Shown: positions 27,741 through 37,093 of the stretch, one piece after another
How positions within the stretch are numbered: position 1 is the stretch's first letter
How the letters are laid out: each line of letters opens with the position of its first letter
From: Granulicella sp.
GTDB lineage: Bacteria > Acidobacteriota > Terriglobia > Terriglobales > Acidobacteriaceae
DNA: 64,000 bases
Assembly (NCBI GenBank): GCA_027339965.1
Contig: DAHWNL010000016.1
Coordinates: 1 to 64,000 of the forward strand
Reading direction: 5' to 3'
Made by a program: the position numbers and the translations under genes
The notes under the pieces: generated by a model
The model's database searches: none
What the model was told of the DNA's origin: nothing
Seen by the model: the letters and a program-made list of their open reading frames with translations, nothing else

Positions 27741-29690
27741 TCAAGGTTGCGCCGAAGCCAGGGGAGCCGCCGAACTCGGCTTGGCGTTGAGTTGCTGCTT
27801 CACTGGCGTTCCCTGTCCCTCCTGCAGTGTGAGGATGGTGTCGACGCAAGGCACGGTGAACTCCTCCACCTCTCCACTGGGCCAGTGCACCTCAAGCGAA
27901 TCAACCTTGGCCGCCGAACCCAGACCGAAGTGCGGCCTCATGTCGGAGCTCGAGGCAAAGCTGCCGCCGGAGATTACGTCCTCGCGCTGCCGCATTCCGC
28001 CAGCAGTCAGGTACACGGTGGCGCCAACGGCATCCCGTGGACTTCTGGCTCCGCCGATCAGCTGGAACTCCACCCAGTGATTGTCGTTTTTGTCCACGTC
28101 GCGCAACAGCGCCGGAACGGAATCGATGTTATTGACCACAGCATCGATGCGGCCATCGTTGAAGATGTCTCCCACCGCCATGCCACGCGAAGGCATCGCC
28201 TCTGCCAGGGCAGTTCCATCCACAGCCGGCATCAGCTCCAGCCGCTTGCCTTCCAGATTATGAAACAGCAGTGGACGCTCCGCCCAACTGGTCCCCCAGT
28301 TGTACTTGTCGGCGTCGCGGTACACATGGCCGTTCACCTCCAGCAGATCCTTCCACCCGTCGTTGTCGTAATCCAGAAATGCCGTGCCCCAGCCTAAAAA
28401 AGGAATCGTCTCGTCGGCGATGCGCATCGCGTAGCTCACGTCGGTAAAATTCGCATCCCCATCATTGCGATAAAGCACCTTGTAGTCGTCCGAGAAGTTG
28501 GTGTTGAAAATGTCCGCCAGGCCATTGTTGAGATAGTCTCCCACGGCAATTCCCATGGACGCCGTCTCCCGCCCCTGTTCATTCAGCGCATAGCCGGAGG
28601 CATAACTCTCGTCATCAAAGGAGCCGTCCCCGTTGTTCATGTAAAGGTAATTGGGAGTTGAATCATCGGCCACCAGCAGATCGACTCTGCCATTGTTGGA
28701 AAGATCAATAAACACCGAAGAGAGGCCGTAGTAGCCGGAAGGGTCGCTGACGCCGGCATGACTGCTGGTATCCGTAAAGGTGCCGTCGCCATTGTTGTGG
28801 AAGAGATGATCGTGCTCCCCGGGCAGACCGCGCGGACCACAGTACGTTCTGACGCCGCGATAGCTGCAAAAGGATACTGGCATTGCCCCGGCATCCTTCT
28901 CCTGCGCCTTCAGATCAAAATGAACATAACCGGGCACGAACAGATCCAGCCGACCGTCGCCGTCGTAATCTCCCCAGGTCGCGCCGGTCGACCAGATGCC
29001 TTCAGCAAGAGCGACTCCTGCCGGCTCCGCTACATCGGTAAATGTACCGTCGTGGTTGTTGTGGTACAGACGGTTCTTGCCGTAGTTGCTCACATAGATG
29101 TCCGGCCACCCGTCGTTGTCGTAGTCTGCAATGGCCGCGCCAAATCCCCAGCGCCCGTTTCCCACCCCGGCGTGCGCCGTGACATTGGTAAAAGTGCCAT
29201 CGTGGTTGTTGTGGAACAATGCGGCCTGCGGCGGCGGCGAATTTCCTTGCAGCGCATCGACCGTGCTCCCATTCACCAGGTAAATATCCAGCCAGCCGTC
29301 ATGGTCATAGTCCAGCAGCGCCACCCCGGAGCCAATGCTCTCCAGAATGAACCGCTTCTCCGGGGTTCCCATCTGGTGACGCCAACTGGTCAATCCGGCC
29401 GTCTTGGCGATGTCTTGAAAGAGAATGGGTCCGGTCTTCACCGTACCCCCCTCGGTAATGGGGCGGTGCTGCGCATCCAGCACTGGCGCGTATATTCCGC
29501 CGGTGCTGGACCCGCCCGAAGAAGGCTCCTGCGGCGGCGTCTGGCTAGCGCCCGCCGGGGAAACCGGCGCGGCTGGAGCCGCCGGGGCTGGGCTCTGGCC
29601 GCAAAGCGAACCAGCGCAGAAAGCCAAAACTGCAACCTGCGTCACAGCAGCCCAAAGAGTTGAACGAACCGCAAAGCGAACCAAAGCCAT
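27741..29690 (-). CDS. CRTAC1-family protein (FG-GAP repeats + ASPIC/UnbV), second paralogue
   Basis: DYDHDGWLDIY, DYDNDGWPDIY, NHDGTFT repeats; DAVGATV...GGSFASS..HFGLG..VHWPSG. Confidence 0.9.
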   Translation of the reverse strand: MALVRFAVRSTLWAAVTQVAVLAFCAGSLCGQSPAPAAPAAPVSPAGASQTPPQEPSSGGSSTGGIYAPVLDAQHRPITEGGTVKTGPILFQDIAKTAGLTSWRHQMGTPEKRFILESIGSGVALLDYDHDGWLDIYLVNGSTVDALQGNSPPPQAALFHNNHDGTFTNVTAHAGVGNGRWGFGAAIADYDNDGWPDIYVSNYGKNRLYHNNHDGTFTDVAEPAGVALAEGIWSTGATWGDYDGDGRLDLFVPGYVHFDLKAQEKDAGAMPVSFCSYRGVRTYCGPRGLPGEHDHLFHNNGDGTFTDTSSHAGVSDPSGYYGLSSVFIDLSNNGRVDLLVADDSTPNYLYMNNGDGSFDDESYASGYALNEQGRETASMGIAVGDYLNNGLADIFNTNFSDDYKVLYRNDGDANFTDVSYAMRIADETIPFLGWGTAFLDYDNDGWKDLLEVNGHVYRDADKYNWGTSWAERPLLFHNLEGKRLELMPAVDGTALAEAMPSRGMAVGDIFNDGRIDAVVNNIDSVPALLRDVDKNDNHWVEFQLIGGARSPRDAVGATVYLTAGGMRQREDVISGGSFASSSDMRPHFGLGSAAKVDSLEVHWPSGEVEEFTVPCVDTILTLQEGQGTPVKQQLNAKPSSAAPLASAQP

Positions 29691-29796
29691 GATAAGGCGA
29701 GAGATGTCCTTTCAACGGCAACTCAAGCGCTCGATCGAAGCGCCGGCGAGCCCCAATGACCAGAAGCGCACGCCGCAACTTCATCCGTGTGATCCA

Positions 29797-29841
29797 AAGT
29801 TAGCCCGAAAAATTCGCTTCAGGATCAACCTTTCGATGGAG
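29797..29841 (-). promoter_or_regulatory. Palindrome-like site ATCAACC-TTTC-GATGGAG (29824-29841) with minus-strand -10 TAACTT (29797-29802) 21 bp away
   Basis: 15/18 identical to the site at 1006-1023, with near-identical spacing to a -10 box. Confidence 0.6.
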
Positions 29842-30016
29842 AAGCAAAAATAATTTGCTCTGCTTTCTGAGGGTGGGAACCAAGCGATTTCGATCTCCGC
29901 AGAAGAAGGATATCCCATCAGAACATGCGCTGCTGCCGCCGGCTATATCGATGAAACCGATGTCGGACAGCTCCGGTTGGACAAACCGCGACGGACGCCG
30001 CATGCTGGAGGAAACG

Positions 30017-33000
30017 ATGCTCTTCGGCTGCTCCATGGCGCGCGCTGGACTCCCGGCTCACCTTCGACATCCGGCACGCGCCGGACTGAGCCGGCTGGTG
30101 GTCTGCGCCGCCTTCCTTCTGGGGGGCGGATCCCCAAGCCGCGCACAGCATTTGAACTATCTGAGCCGGCAGTCCTGGACCACAGAGCAGGGACTTCCGC
30201 AGAGCAGCGTGCACAGCATTGCCCAGAACCCGGACGGTTACCTCTGGATCGCCACCGAGGGCGGGCTCGCGCGTTTCGATGGGAACCAGTTCCGGGTCTT
30301 CAACCGGAGCAACGAAACGGCCTTCCAAAGCAACGATGTCTGTTGCCTTGTAACCGGATTTGGGGGGCTTTGGATAGGCACCGAGGACGGACTGATCCGG
30401 ATGCGGCACGGCAGGTTTCGCCGCTTCGGAGTCCCTGACGGACTACCCTCCTCGTGGATCGATTCCCTGGCCTTGGCCGGCTCCGATACAGGCAACGCCC
30501 GCTTGCTGGTTCATACCGAAAGCGGCTGGGCGCAATGGACGCACGGAGGCTTCCGCACCCTGACCCAGCCACCGGCCTCGCCAGGCATAGCGCTCACGGA
30601 GACAGCCCCGGCCGGCATCCAGGCGATGGCTTCCTCTCCGGCCCCCATCGCGGCTGCCCAACCGATCTCCCGCCAGACGCGGTGGAGTTTCTCCCCCGCC
30701 ATGGTTGCCGCTGCGTACCCCGGCGGTCGGCGAGTGTGGCGGATCGGGCACGAGCTTCCGTTGGGACGCATTCAGACCGTTGCCGTCGATCGAGAGGGCC
30801 AGGCCTGGGTAGGGATGAATCATGGCCTGTTGGTGTTGCGCACTGATCAGAAGCAAGCCGAGCCCGTCGCCCTTCTGGGAGCCAACTCCGTGCTCTCCAT
30901 CTTTCACGATGCCGAGGATGATCACTGGATCGGCACGGAGACCTCCGGGCTGCGCGTCCTGCGTCGGCTGGCCTTCCGCAGCGAAGCCGCACTGGATGGT
31001 CAGGCCGTGACCAGCGTGGTGCAGACGAAGGACGGCGACGTCTGGATCGGAACCCGCGACGATGGGTTGCGCCGGATCCATAACGGCGCTCTGGCTCAAC
31101 CGGTGCCGCAGAGTCTGCTCACCAGCGCATTCATCCTTTGCCTGGCGCCTGCGGCGAACGGCGGCCTATGGGTGGGAACCCCGGATGGCCTGAACTTCAT
31201 TGATGCTCACAATCGGGTGCGGCAGATCACCTCCTCCGACGGCCTGCCGGACGATGATGCGCGGGCGCTCTCCGCGGCGAGGGACGGATCCGTTTGGGTT
31301 GGAACCCGCCAGGGACTTGCCCATTTGCAGATGCTTGGATCGCAACTGAAGATCTCCACGCTGACCCGCGCCAATGGGCTGGGTGGCGACATGGTCGGAG
31401 CGCTTTTGCTGCGCTCAGGATCTCTCTGGGCGGCAACCTCCGGCGGTCTCTCCCTTATCGGACCGGACGGAAGCATTCGCAACTTCACCACCCGCGATGG
31501 CCTGGGCGGCAACATCGTCACCTCCATTGCCCAGGACAGCGCTGGCCACCTTTGGGCCGCCGGCAGCAACGGCAGCCTCGGCTTGTTCCAGGCCGGGCGC
31601 TTCCTTCCCGTGGGTCTTCCCATCCCCGCGAACCTCGATGGAGTCCATCGAGTCATTGAGGGGATCACCCCGGACCATCTCGGGTTCCTGTGGCTCCGCA
31701 TGGATCGTGGCATTCGCCGCATCGCCGTCAGCCGGTTGCTGGAGTGCGTTGGCAAGCTACCCTGCACCCGCGCCGAGGCGGGTGCGGCTGAGGAGAGCTT
31801 CGGGCTGGCCGATGGCTTGCCCAACGATGAGGTGGTGGCCGGCGAACCCTCCGCTGGCTGGCTGACCCAGCAAGGTGAGATCTGGTTTCCCACCCGCGGC
31901 GGCGTGGCGATCGTGGATACCGAGCACCTGCCACGGGATCGCGTGGCCCCTCCCGTGGTGTTGCAGCAATTCATGGTGGACGACGTCGCCGAACCGCTCG
32001 GTGACGCTCTGAACAGGCCGGGCGCAAGCCGCGAGGGCGAAATCACGATCCCCTTCGGCCATGCTCGCTTCACGATCGTCTATGACGGGCTAAGCTTCGC
32101 TGCGCCCTCGGAGGTCCGCTATCGCTTTCGTCTGCAGGGGTTCGACAAGCAGTGGACCGAGGCCGGGGATCGGCGCTTCGCCACCTACACCAACCTCCCT
32201 CCAGGCGGCTATCTTTTCCGGGTTCAGGCCAGGAACAAGGATGGAGTATGGAACCGCGCCGGGGCGGAGTTGAGCTTCCGCATTATCCCTCCCCTCTATC
32301 GCAGATGGTGGTTCCTTCTCTTGAGCCTGCTGGCGCTTCTGGCCGTGCTGGCGGGAGTCTACCTGTTGCGGCTGCGCCGGTTGCGCGGCGAATTCAGCGC
32401 CGTGCTCGCGGAGCGGAATCGTATGGCGCGCGAGATCCACGATACCCTCACCCAGGACTTCGTGGGCGCCTCGCTGCAGCTTGATCTCATTGCCCAGCAA
32501 CTCATCCGGGGCAGAGTGGACCTTGCGCTCGACCAGGTCAGACGCACCCGCCGGTTCGTCTCCGAGGGGCTGGAGGAGGCCCGGCGCAGCATCTGGGAGA
32601 TCCGCGCCACCCCCTCCCAGGATGACCTGCCGATGCGCCTGACTCGAATTGTGCAACGGGACACCTTCAGCGGCCTCAAGCCCCGTCTCCGCATAGGAGG
32701 CGCTTATCGGCCACTCGATCCGCGCGTGGAACGGGAGATTCTCCGCATCGCGCAGGAGGCTCTCACCAACGTTCTTCATCACTCGGCCTCCGAGGAGGTC
32801 GCCGTAGACCTGCATTACTCCAGTGATATGCTGATGCTGACCGTGGAAGACAAGGGTGTGGGGTTCGATCTGAACGAAGCATCCGGCAAGTCAGTACACT
32901 TTGGTCTGCTGGGGATGAAGGAGCGAGCCGCCACAATCGCCGGCCATATCGAGATCTCAAGTCAGCCTGGACAGGGAGCGAAAGTCTCATTGCGGGTGCC

Positions 33001-33022
33001 CATTGGGCAGGGCGCCAGATAA
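30017..33022 (+). CDS. Sensor histidine kinase: periplasmic regulator propellers + Y_Y_Y domain + TM + HisKA_3/HATPase
   Basis: GLPQSSV/LWIATEGGL repeats; YRFRLQGFD..W..ATYTNLPPGGY; ERNRMAREIHDTLTQ; QEALTN, DKGVGF, FGLLGMKER; start chosen at GGAGG-preceded ATG. Confidence 0.92.
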   Translation: MLFGCSMARAGLPAHLRHPARAGLSRLVVCAAFLLGGGSPSRAQHLNYLSRQSWTTEQGLPQSSVHSIAQNPDGYLWIATEGGLARFDGNQFRVFNRSNETAFQSNDVCCLVTGFGGLWIGTEDGLIRMRHGRFRRFGVPDGLPSSWIDSLALAGSDTGNARLLVHTESGWAQWTHGGFRTLTQPPASPGIALTETAPAGIQAMASSPAPIAAAQPISRQTRWSFSPAMVAAAYPGGRRVWRIGHELPLGRIQTVAVDREGQAWVGMNHGLLVLRTDQKQAEPVALLGANSVLSIFHDAEDDHWIGTETSGLRVLRRLAFRSEAALDGQAVTSVVQTKDGDVWIGTRDDGLRRIHNGALAQPVPQSLLTSAFILCLAPAANGGLWVGTPDGLNFIDAHNRVRQITSSDGLPDDDARALSAARDGSVWVGTRQGLAHLQMLGSQLKISTLTRANGLGGDMVGALLLRSGSLWAATSGGLSLIGPDGSIRNFTTRDGLGGNIVTSIAQDSAGHLWAAGSNGSLGLFQAGRFLPVGLPIPANLDGVHRVIEGITPDHLGFLWLRMDRGIRRIAVSRLLECVGKLPCTRAEAGAAEESFGLADGLPNDEVVAGEPSAGWLTQQGEIWFPTRGGVAIVDTEHLPRDRVAPPVVLQQFMVDDVAEPLGDALNRPGASREGEITIPFGHARFTIVYDGLSFAAPSEVRYRFRLQGFDKQWTEAGDRRFATYTNLPPGGYLFRVQARNKDGVWNRAGAELSFRIIPPLYRRWWFLLLSLLALLAVLAGVYLLRLRRLRGEFSAVLAERNRMAREIHDTLTQDFVGASLQLDLIAQQLIRGRVDLALDQVRRTRRFVSEGLEEARRSIWEIRATPSQDDLPMRLTRIVQRDTFSGLKPRLRIGGAYRPLDPRVEREILRIAQEALTNVLHHSASEEVAVDLHYSSDMLMLTVEDKGVGFDLNEASGKSVHFGLLGMKERAATIAGHIEISSQPGQGAKVSLRVPIGQGAR

Positions 33023-33035
33023 GTGCGAGGTTCCG

Positions 33036-33662
33036 ATGGCGAAGAAGATCCGCATTATGCTCGTGGAAGATCACCAGGTCGTCAGACAAGGGCTGGAAGC
33101 TCTGCTGGGCACCACTGAGAACCTGGAGGTGGTTGGCTCCGTCGGCGACGGGCTGGAGGCCATGGATCTGTTTCGCTCCCTGATGCCGGACATTACGCTC
33201 ATCGACTTGCAACTGCCGAAGCAGGGAGGAGCGGAGACCATCCGGCGAATCCGGGCAGAGTTTCCCCAGGCGCGCTTCATCGTCCTCACAACCTTTGACG
33301 GCGATGAAGATATCTATCGCGCGCTTCAGGCGGGGGCTCGCTCCTACTTGCTGAAAGGCATGCCGCTGGAGGAACTGCTCACCACCATCCAGGCGGTGCA
33401 TAACGGCAAGTTGCATATTCCGGCGCCAGTGGCCGAAAAGCTGGCCGAGCGTCTCAGCGGCCAGGAGTTGACCGCCCGAGAGATGAATGTCCTGGAGAGA
33501 ATCGTTGCCGGACGGTCGAACAAAGAGATTTCCACGGATCTCTCCATCTCCGAGGCTACTGTCAAGACCCATATCAACAGTCTGCTGGGAAAGCTCGGCG
33601 TCGCGGACCGCACCCAGGCTGCAACCGTCGCCATCCAGCGTGGTCTGGTAAGCCATCGATGA
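33036..33662 (+). CDS. NarL/LuxR-family response regulator
   Basis: VEDH, PDITLIDLQLP, VLTT, YLLK; LTARE...GRSNKEI..L.ISEATVKTH. Confidence 0.95.
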   Translation: MAKKIRIMLVEDHQVVRQGLEALLGTTENLEVVGSVGDGLEAMDLFRSLMPDITLIDLQLPKQGGAETIRRIRAEFPQARFIVLTTFDGDEDIYRALQAGARSYLLKGMPLEELLTTIQAVHNGKLHIPAPVAEKLAERLSGQELTAREMNVLERIVAGRSNKEISTDLSISEATVKTHINSLLGKLGVADRTQAATVAIQRGLVSHR

Positions 33663-34276
33663 TCCGTGAGCCAGGGTGCGGGTTGGTTCGTTCCACAAGC
33701 GGAAGACGGAGCCGCTGGACGCTGTTGCTGTCCGCTTGGCTGTGCGCCGGAGTTTGCTTGCTTCCTCCATCAGCTTTCGCCGCCCCGGGGGCTGACCAGG
33801 GGAGCGCGAACAACGATGCGCCCAGCAAGCTGCAATGGCGTTCAGCCACCGCGGCCGAGCTGGACGCCGCCCTGCCCGCGCGGGCCCAGATCGTCAAGGA
33901 GCACATCGAGACCGAGATGCACTCGGCCTCTGGGATCATTGACGCTCACGGAAGAGTGGTAGCGGCCGCGGTTCTGATCACTGCCGGCTATGCCGCCAGC
34001 GGAAAGTACTACTACTATCTGCTGGCCCAGGCTCCCATCCACCTGGGAGATTCCCTCGCCCTCCCTCCAGGTTCGTATGCGGTGGGCTGGAACCGGGCAT
34101 CCAATGGGCTTCTGGTTCATATCTACGATGCCGAGACCGGAGTGGCGCGAGGAGATGTCCTGGCCCGACCCTTGATCCCTCGGGCTCCCATCATCTCGGT
34201 AAAGATCTGGCCCCCCTCCGGGAGAAGCGTTCTTCAAATCGGACGCTTTGCTATACCTTATTCCGTAGGGAACTGA
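33659..34276 (+). CDS. Hypothetical exported protein
   Basis: ATGA overlap with response regulator; signal-peptide-like N-terminus; natural-looking globular composition. Confidence 0.7.
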   Translation: MIREPGCGLVRSTSGRRSRWTLLLSAWLCAGVCLLPPSAFAAPGADQGSANNDAPSKLQWRSATAAELDAALPARAQIVKEHIETEMHSASGIIDAHGRVVAAAVLITAGYAASGKYYYYLLAQAPIHLGDSLALPPGSYAVGWNRASNGLLVHIYDAETGVARGDVLARPLIPRAPIISVKIWPPSGRSVLQIGRFAIPYSVGN

Positions 34277-34569
34277 AGTACCTTCCCGAGGCCTCGTCCT
34301 TATGCAACTCCGCCCAGTTTGTTTCCATCCAATCTCAACCTGCTCCTTGAAGAACTTCATGGAGCATCATCGTTCCTTCCGTCCTCCCTGGCGCGCTTCC
34401 CGGCTGGGATGGAATGCCGGCGCGCCCGCAAACCCGCCGCGAAGAACCCATCGACACGCAAAGAACTCGCGAACTGCGTCCGTCGCTCGCCTTGGCAAGT
34501 TCAGCGTAACTTTATTGAATTCCAGTCCGCGCGAGCCTCTCCGGTTCCGCGATGCAAAGGGAGACTAAA

Positions 34570-36141
34570 GTGAGTGAGAAGAATCTTTTGCCTGCGCTTT
34601 CAACGCGCCGGAAGTTTTTGCGCAATGCAGCGGCTGCGGCCGGAGCGGCCGCAGCCGTCTCCACGAACTCGGCTTCAGCTTCCGCCGGCTCAAGTAATGC
34701 GCCGTCGAACGCGCCAAGGCCCAATGTGCTGATGATCTGCGCCGACCAGTTTCGCGCTGACTTTGTCGGCGCCAACCATGAAAACCCTTCCACCATCACT
34801 CCGCACATCGACGCGCTGGCGCAACGCGGCGTCAGCTTCCGGCATTGCATCTGCAATCAGCCGTTGTGCTCGCCCTCGCGAGCTTCCTTTCTCACCAGCC
34901 GCTATGCTACAGAAACTGGAGTGTGGCGGCTCGGTCCTGGGCTCAACCAGAGCCTGCCGACCGTGGCCACGGAGTTCGGGAAGAACGGCTACTCCACGCA
35001 CTTCCTGGGCAAATGGCATGTCTCGGAGACGAAGCTCCCGAATGGCGACAAGCAGTTGGGATGGGTTCCACCAGGCCCGTCGCGGGGAGGGTTCGACGAT
35101 CAGTGGGAGGGAGCCAACGTCCTCGAACTCGTCTCCCATCCTTATTCGGGCAACTATTGGGACTCGCAAGGGACAAACATCGGCTATAAGGGTCAGTATC
35201 GCGTGGACTTTATCACCCAGCGCGCGGTGCAGGTGATCGAAGAGAAACACGACAAGCCCTGGTTCATGTTCGTATCGCAGCTTGAGCCGCATCAACAGAA
35301 CGACGTGGATGCCTTTGTGCCTCCGCTTCGCTACGCCGACGATTTCACCTGGCGCGTCTACCGCTCTCAGCTCTCCGCCGAGCAGCAGAATGAGCTGAAC
35401 GGGCTTGCCCACCCGAACCGCCCGTCCTACTCCGATCCGTTCATTCCGCACGACCTGCGGAATCTTCCCGGGAATTGGCGCTCCCATATCGCCGGCTATT
35501 ACGGCTGCGTGCAGGCTATTGACGATTGCGTAGGCACGCTGGTGACCGCGCTGGAGCGGACCGGACAGCTGGACAACACGATCATCGTCCTCTTCTCGGA
35601 TCACGGCAATACCTTCCACACCCGGCTGGGAGAGTACAAACGCTCGCCCCATGACTCTTCTATTCGAGTTCCTTTTGTCATCGCTGGACCGGGCTTCAAC
35701 CAGTCCCGGATCATCGATGAGGTGGTCACGCTGCTGGATCTGGCGCCCACCTTGCTGGACGGCGCGGGCATTGCCCCGCCCGCAAGCATGCGTGGCCGGC
35801 CGCTGAAGCCGCTGGCGGAGGATCTGAACGTGCGCAAGAACTGGGATTCCACGGCTTACTTCCAGATCAGTCAGTCGATCTGCGGGCGCGGCATCCGAAC
35901 GCCGGACTGGGTGTTTTGCGTCTTTGACCCAACGGTCCGCAACGGCGAAGCCGAATATAGCCAGCACTACCAGGACTTCGCCATGTACTCGATCTCCGGC
36001 GATCCGGCACAGTTGGTCAATCTCGTGGGGCGCTCAGAGTACCGCAAGATTGCCAATGAACTGCGCGCCGAGTTGCTGCGGCGAATCACCGCGGCCGGCG
36101 AACCGCCGGCGACGATCACGCCCATTCACTACTACGCCTGA
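34570..36141 (+). CDS. Tat-exported Cys-type (formylglycine) sulfatase
   Basis: STRRKFL Tat motif; PNVLMICADQ, CSPSR, GKWH, EPH, SDHG; GTG start after AAGGGAG. Confidence 0.92.
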   Translation: MSEKNLLPALSTRRKFLRNAAAAAGAAAAVSTNSASASAGSSNAPSNAPRPNVLMICADQFRADFVGANHENPSTITPHIDALAQRGVSFRHCICNQPLCSPSRASFLTSRYATETGVWRLGPGLNQSLPTVATEFGKNGYSTHFLGKWHVSETKLPNGDKQLGWVPPGPSRGGFDDQWEGANVLELVSHPYSGNYWDSQGTNIGYKGQYRVDFITQRAVQVIEEKHDKPWFMFVSQLEPHQQNDVDAFVPPLRYADDFTWRVYRSQLSAEQQNELNGLAHPNRPSYSDPFIPHDLRNLPGNWRSHIAGYYGCVQAIDDCVGTLVTALERTGQLDNTIIVLFSDHGNTFHTRLGEYKRSPHDSSIRVPFVIAGPGFNQSRIIDEVVTLLDLAPTLLDGAGIAPPASMRGRPLKPLAEDLNVRKNWDSTAYFQISQSICGRGIRTPDWVFCVFDPTVRNGEAEYSQHYQDFAMYSISGDPAQLVNLVGRSEYRKIANELRAELLRRITAAGEPPATITPIHYYA

Positions 36142-36243
36142 GAGGCGCGAGAATCGGACAATCTCTTGCTGCGGGAATCATGCAGATTCTCCTTCGCGCA
36201 TCTCGAATGAAATCGGAGTAACCATGCCGCTCGCTGGAGGGAC

Positions 36244-36320
36244 TGGTGGGCGAGGCAGGGATCGAACCTGCAACCCCGGACTTAGAAGGTCCGTGCTCTA
36301 TCCAATTGAGCTACTCGCCC
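36244..36320 (-). tRNA. tRNA-Arg (anticodon TCT), CCA encoded
   Basis: GGGCGAGTAGCTCAATTGGATAGAGCACGGACCTTCTAAGTCCGGGGTTGCAGGTTCGATCCCTGCCTCGCCCACCA folds into a cloverleaf. Confidence 0.97.
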
Positions 36321-37060
36321 CGGATCCTGGGGCCTTGGCCGTCGACAGGGCTGCTCTCCTGTTGAGCCTCCCGCACGCGATTCGCATCCACTGCCTCGAT
36401 TGTAGCCGAGCCGCGTGTTGCTTGAAGCTCTCTGCCGCGCAGCAAACTCACCACGTCCTCCAAGGCCAACTCCCAGCGCCGGCGAGCGATCTCCGGCTCC
36501 GCACCAAGCGCTGTCACATAGATGGAAACGGCAAATCCCTCCAGCGGCCCGGCAAGATCCAGTAACGCCGGGCGAAGCACACACTCCAGCGTGGCTTCAT
36601 CATGCGTCAAACGCTGCGCCCGCCTCACGATCCTGTCCAGAAGATCCCGTTGGCGGTGAGCAGAGGCAAAGGTCGAGCGCTCCCGCCACAGCAGATCGAT
36701 GTATCCGGCAAAGCCATAGCGCGCCTCTTCCTCGCTCAGCATCAGCTCCAGCCGCAGCGCCTCCAGTCTCTCGCGGTGTTCCGCGCCGGAACCGGCGCTT
36801 CCATCGAAGGCCATCTGCCAGACATCACATTTGGCGGTGAAAAACGGCGATCGAGTGGCATTGAGCGAACGCAGCGCGCGGGCCAGAGACGGGTTCCGTT
36901 CCGTCTCTGGGATCTCCGCAATGGCATAGGGGTTGGCTCGGAGGTCAATAAACCTCATCCTGGCGCTTGCGTCCGGCGAGTCCGGCAATCCCTCCGTCGA
37001 CCATGGAACGACCAGCACCGGTGCATCCATCCCACACTCGGCTGTCCATTCACTCAGCAT
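36311..37060 (-). CDS. Hypothetical protein; stop codon lies inside the tRNA gene
   Basis: 249-aa ORF with GGAGG RBS, co-oriented with neighbours; FFTAKCDVW-type globular sequence. Confidence 0.7.
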   Translation of the reverse strand: MLSEWTAECGMDAPVLVVPWSTEGLPDSPDASARMRFIDLRANPYAIAEIPETERNPSLARALRSLNATRSPFFTAKCDVWQMAFDGSAGSGAEHRERLEALRLELMLSEEEARYGFAGYIDLLWRERSTFASAHRQRDLLDRIVRRAQRLTHDEATLECVLRPALLDLAGPLEGFAVSIYVTALGAEPEIARRRWELALEDVVSLLRGRELQATRGSATIEAVDANRVREAQQESSPVDGQGPRIRGE

Positions 37061-37093
37061 CTGCCTCCAGAATACGGCAGCGCCGGCGTCGCT

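Noticed and set aside
29843..29859. AGCAAA-N5-TTTGCT inverted repeat next to the shared site
   Set aside because: Short, AT-rich and without a second occurrence; cannot be distinguished from chance
20160..36244. Genomic island integrated at the 3' end of tRNA-Arg
   Set aside because: Accessory-looking content, but no integrase and no duplicated tRNA 3' end found by eye
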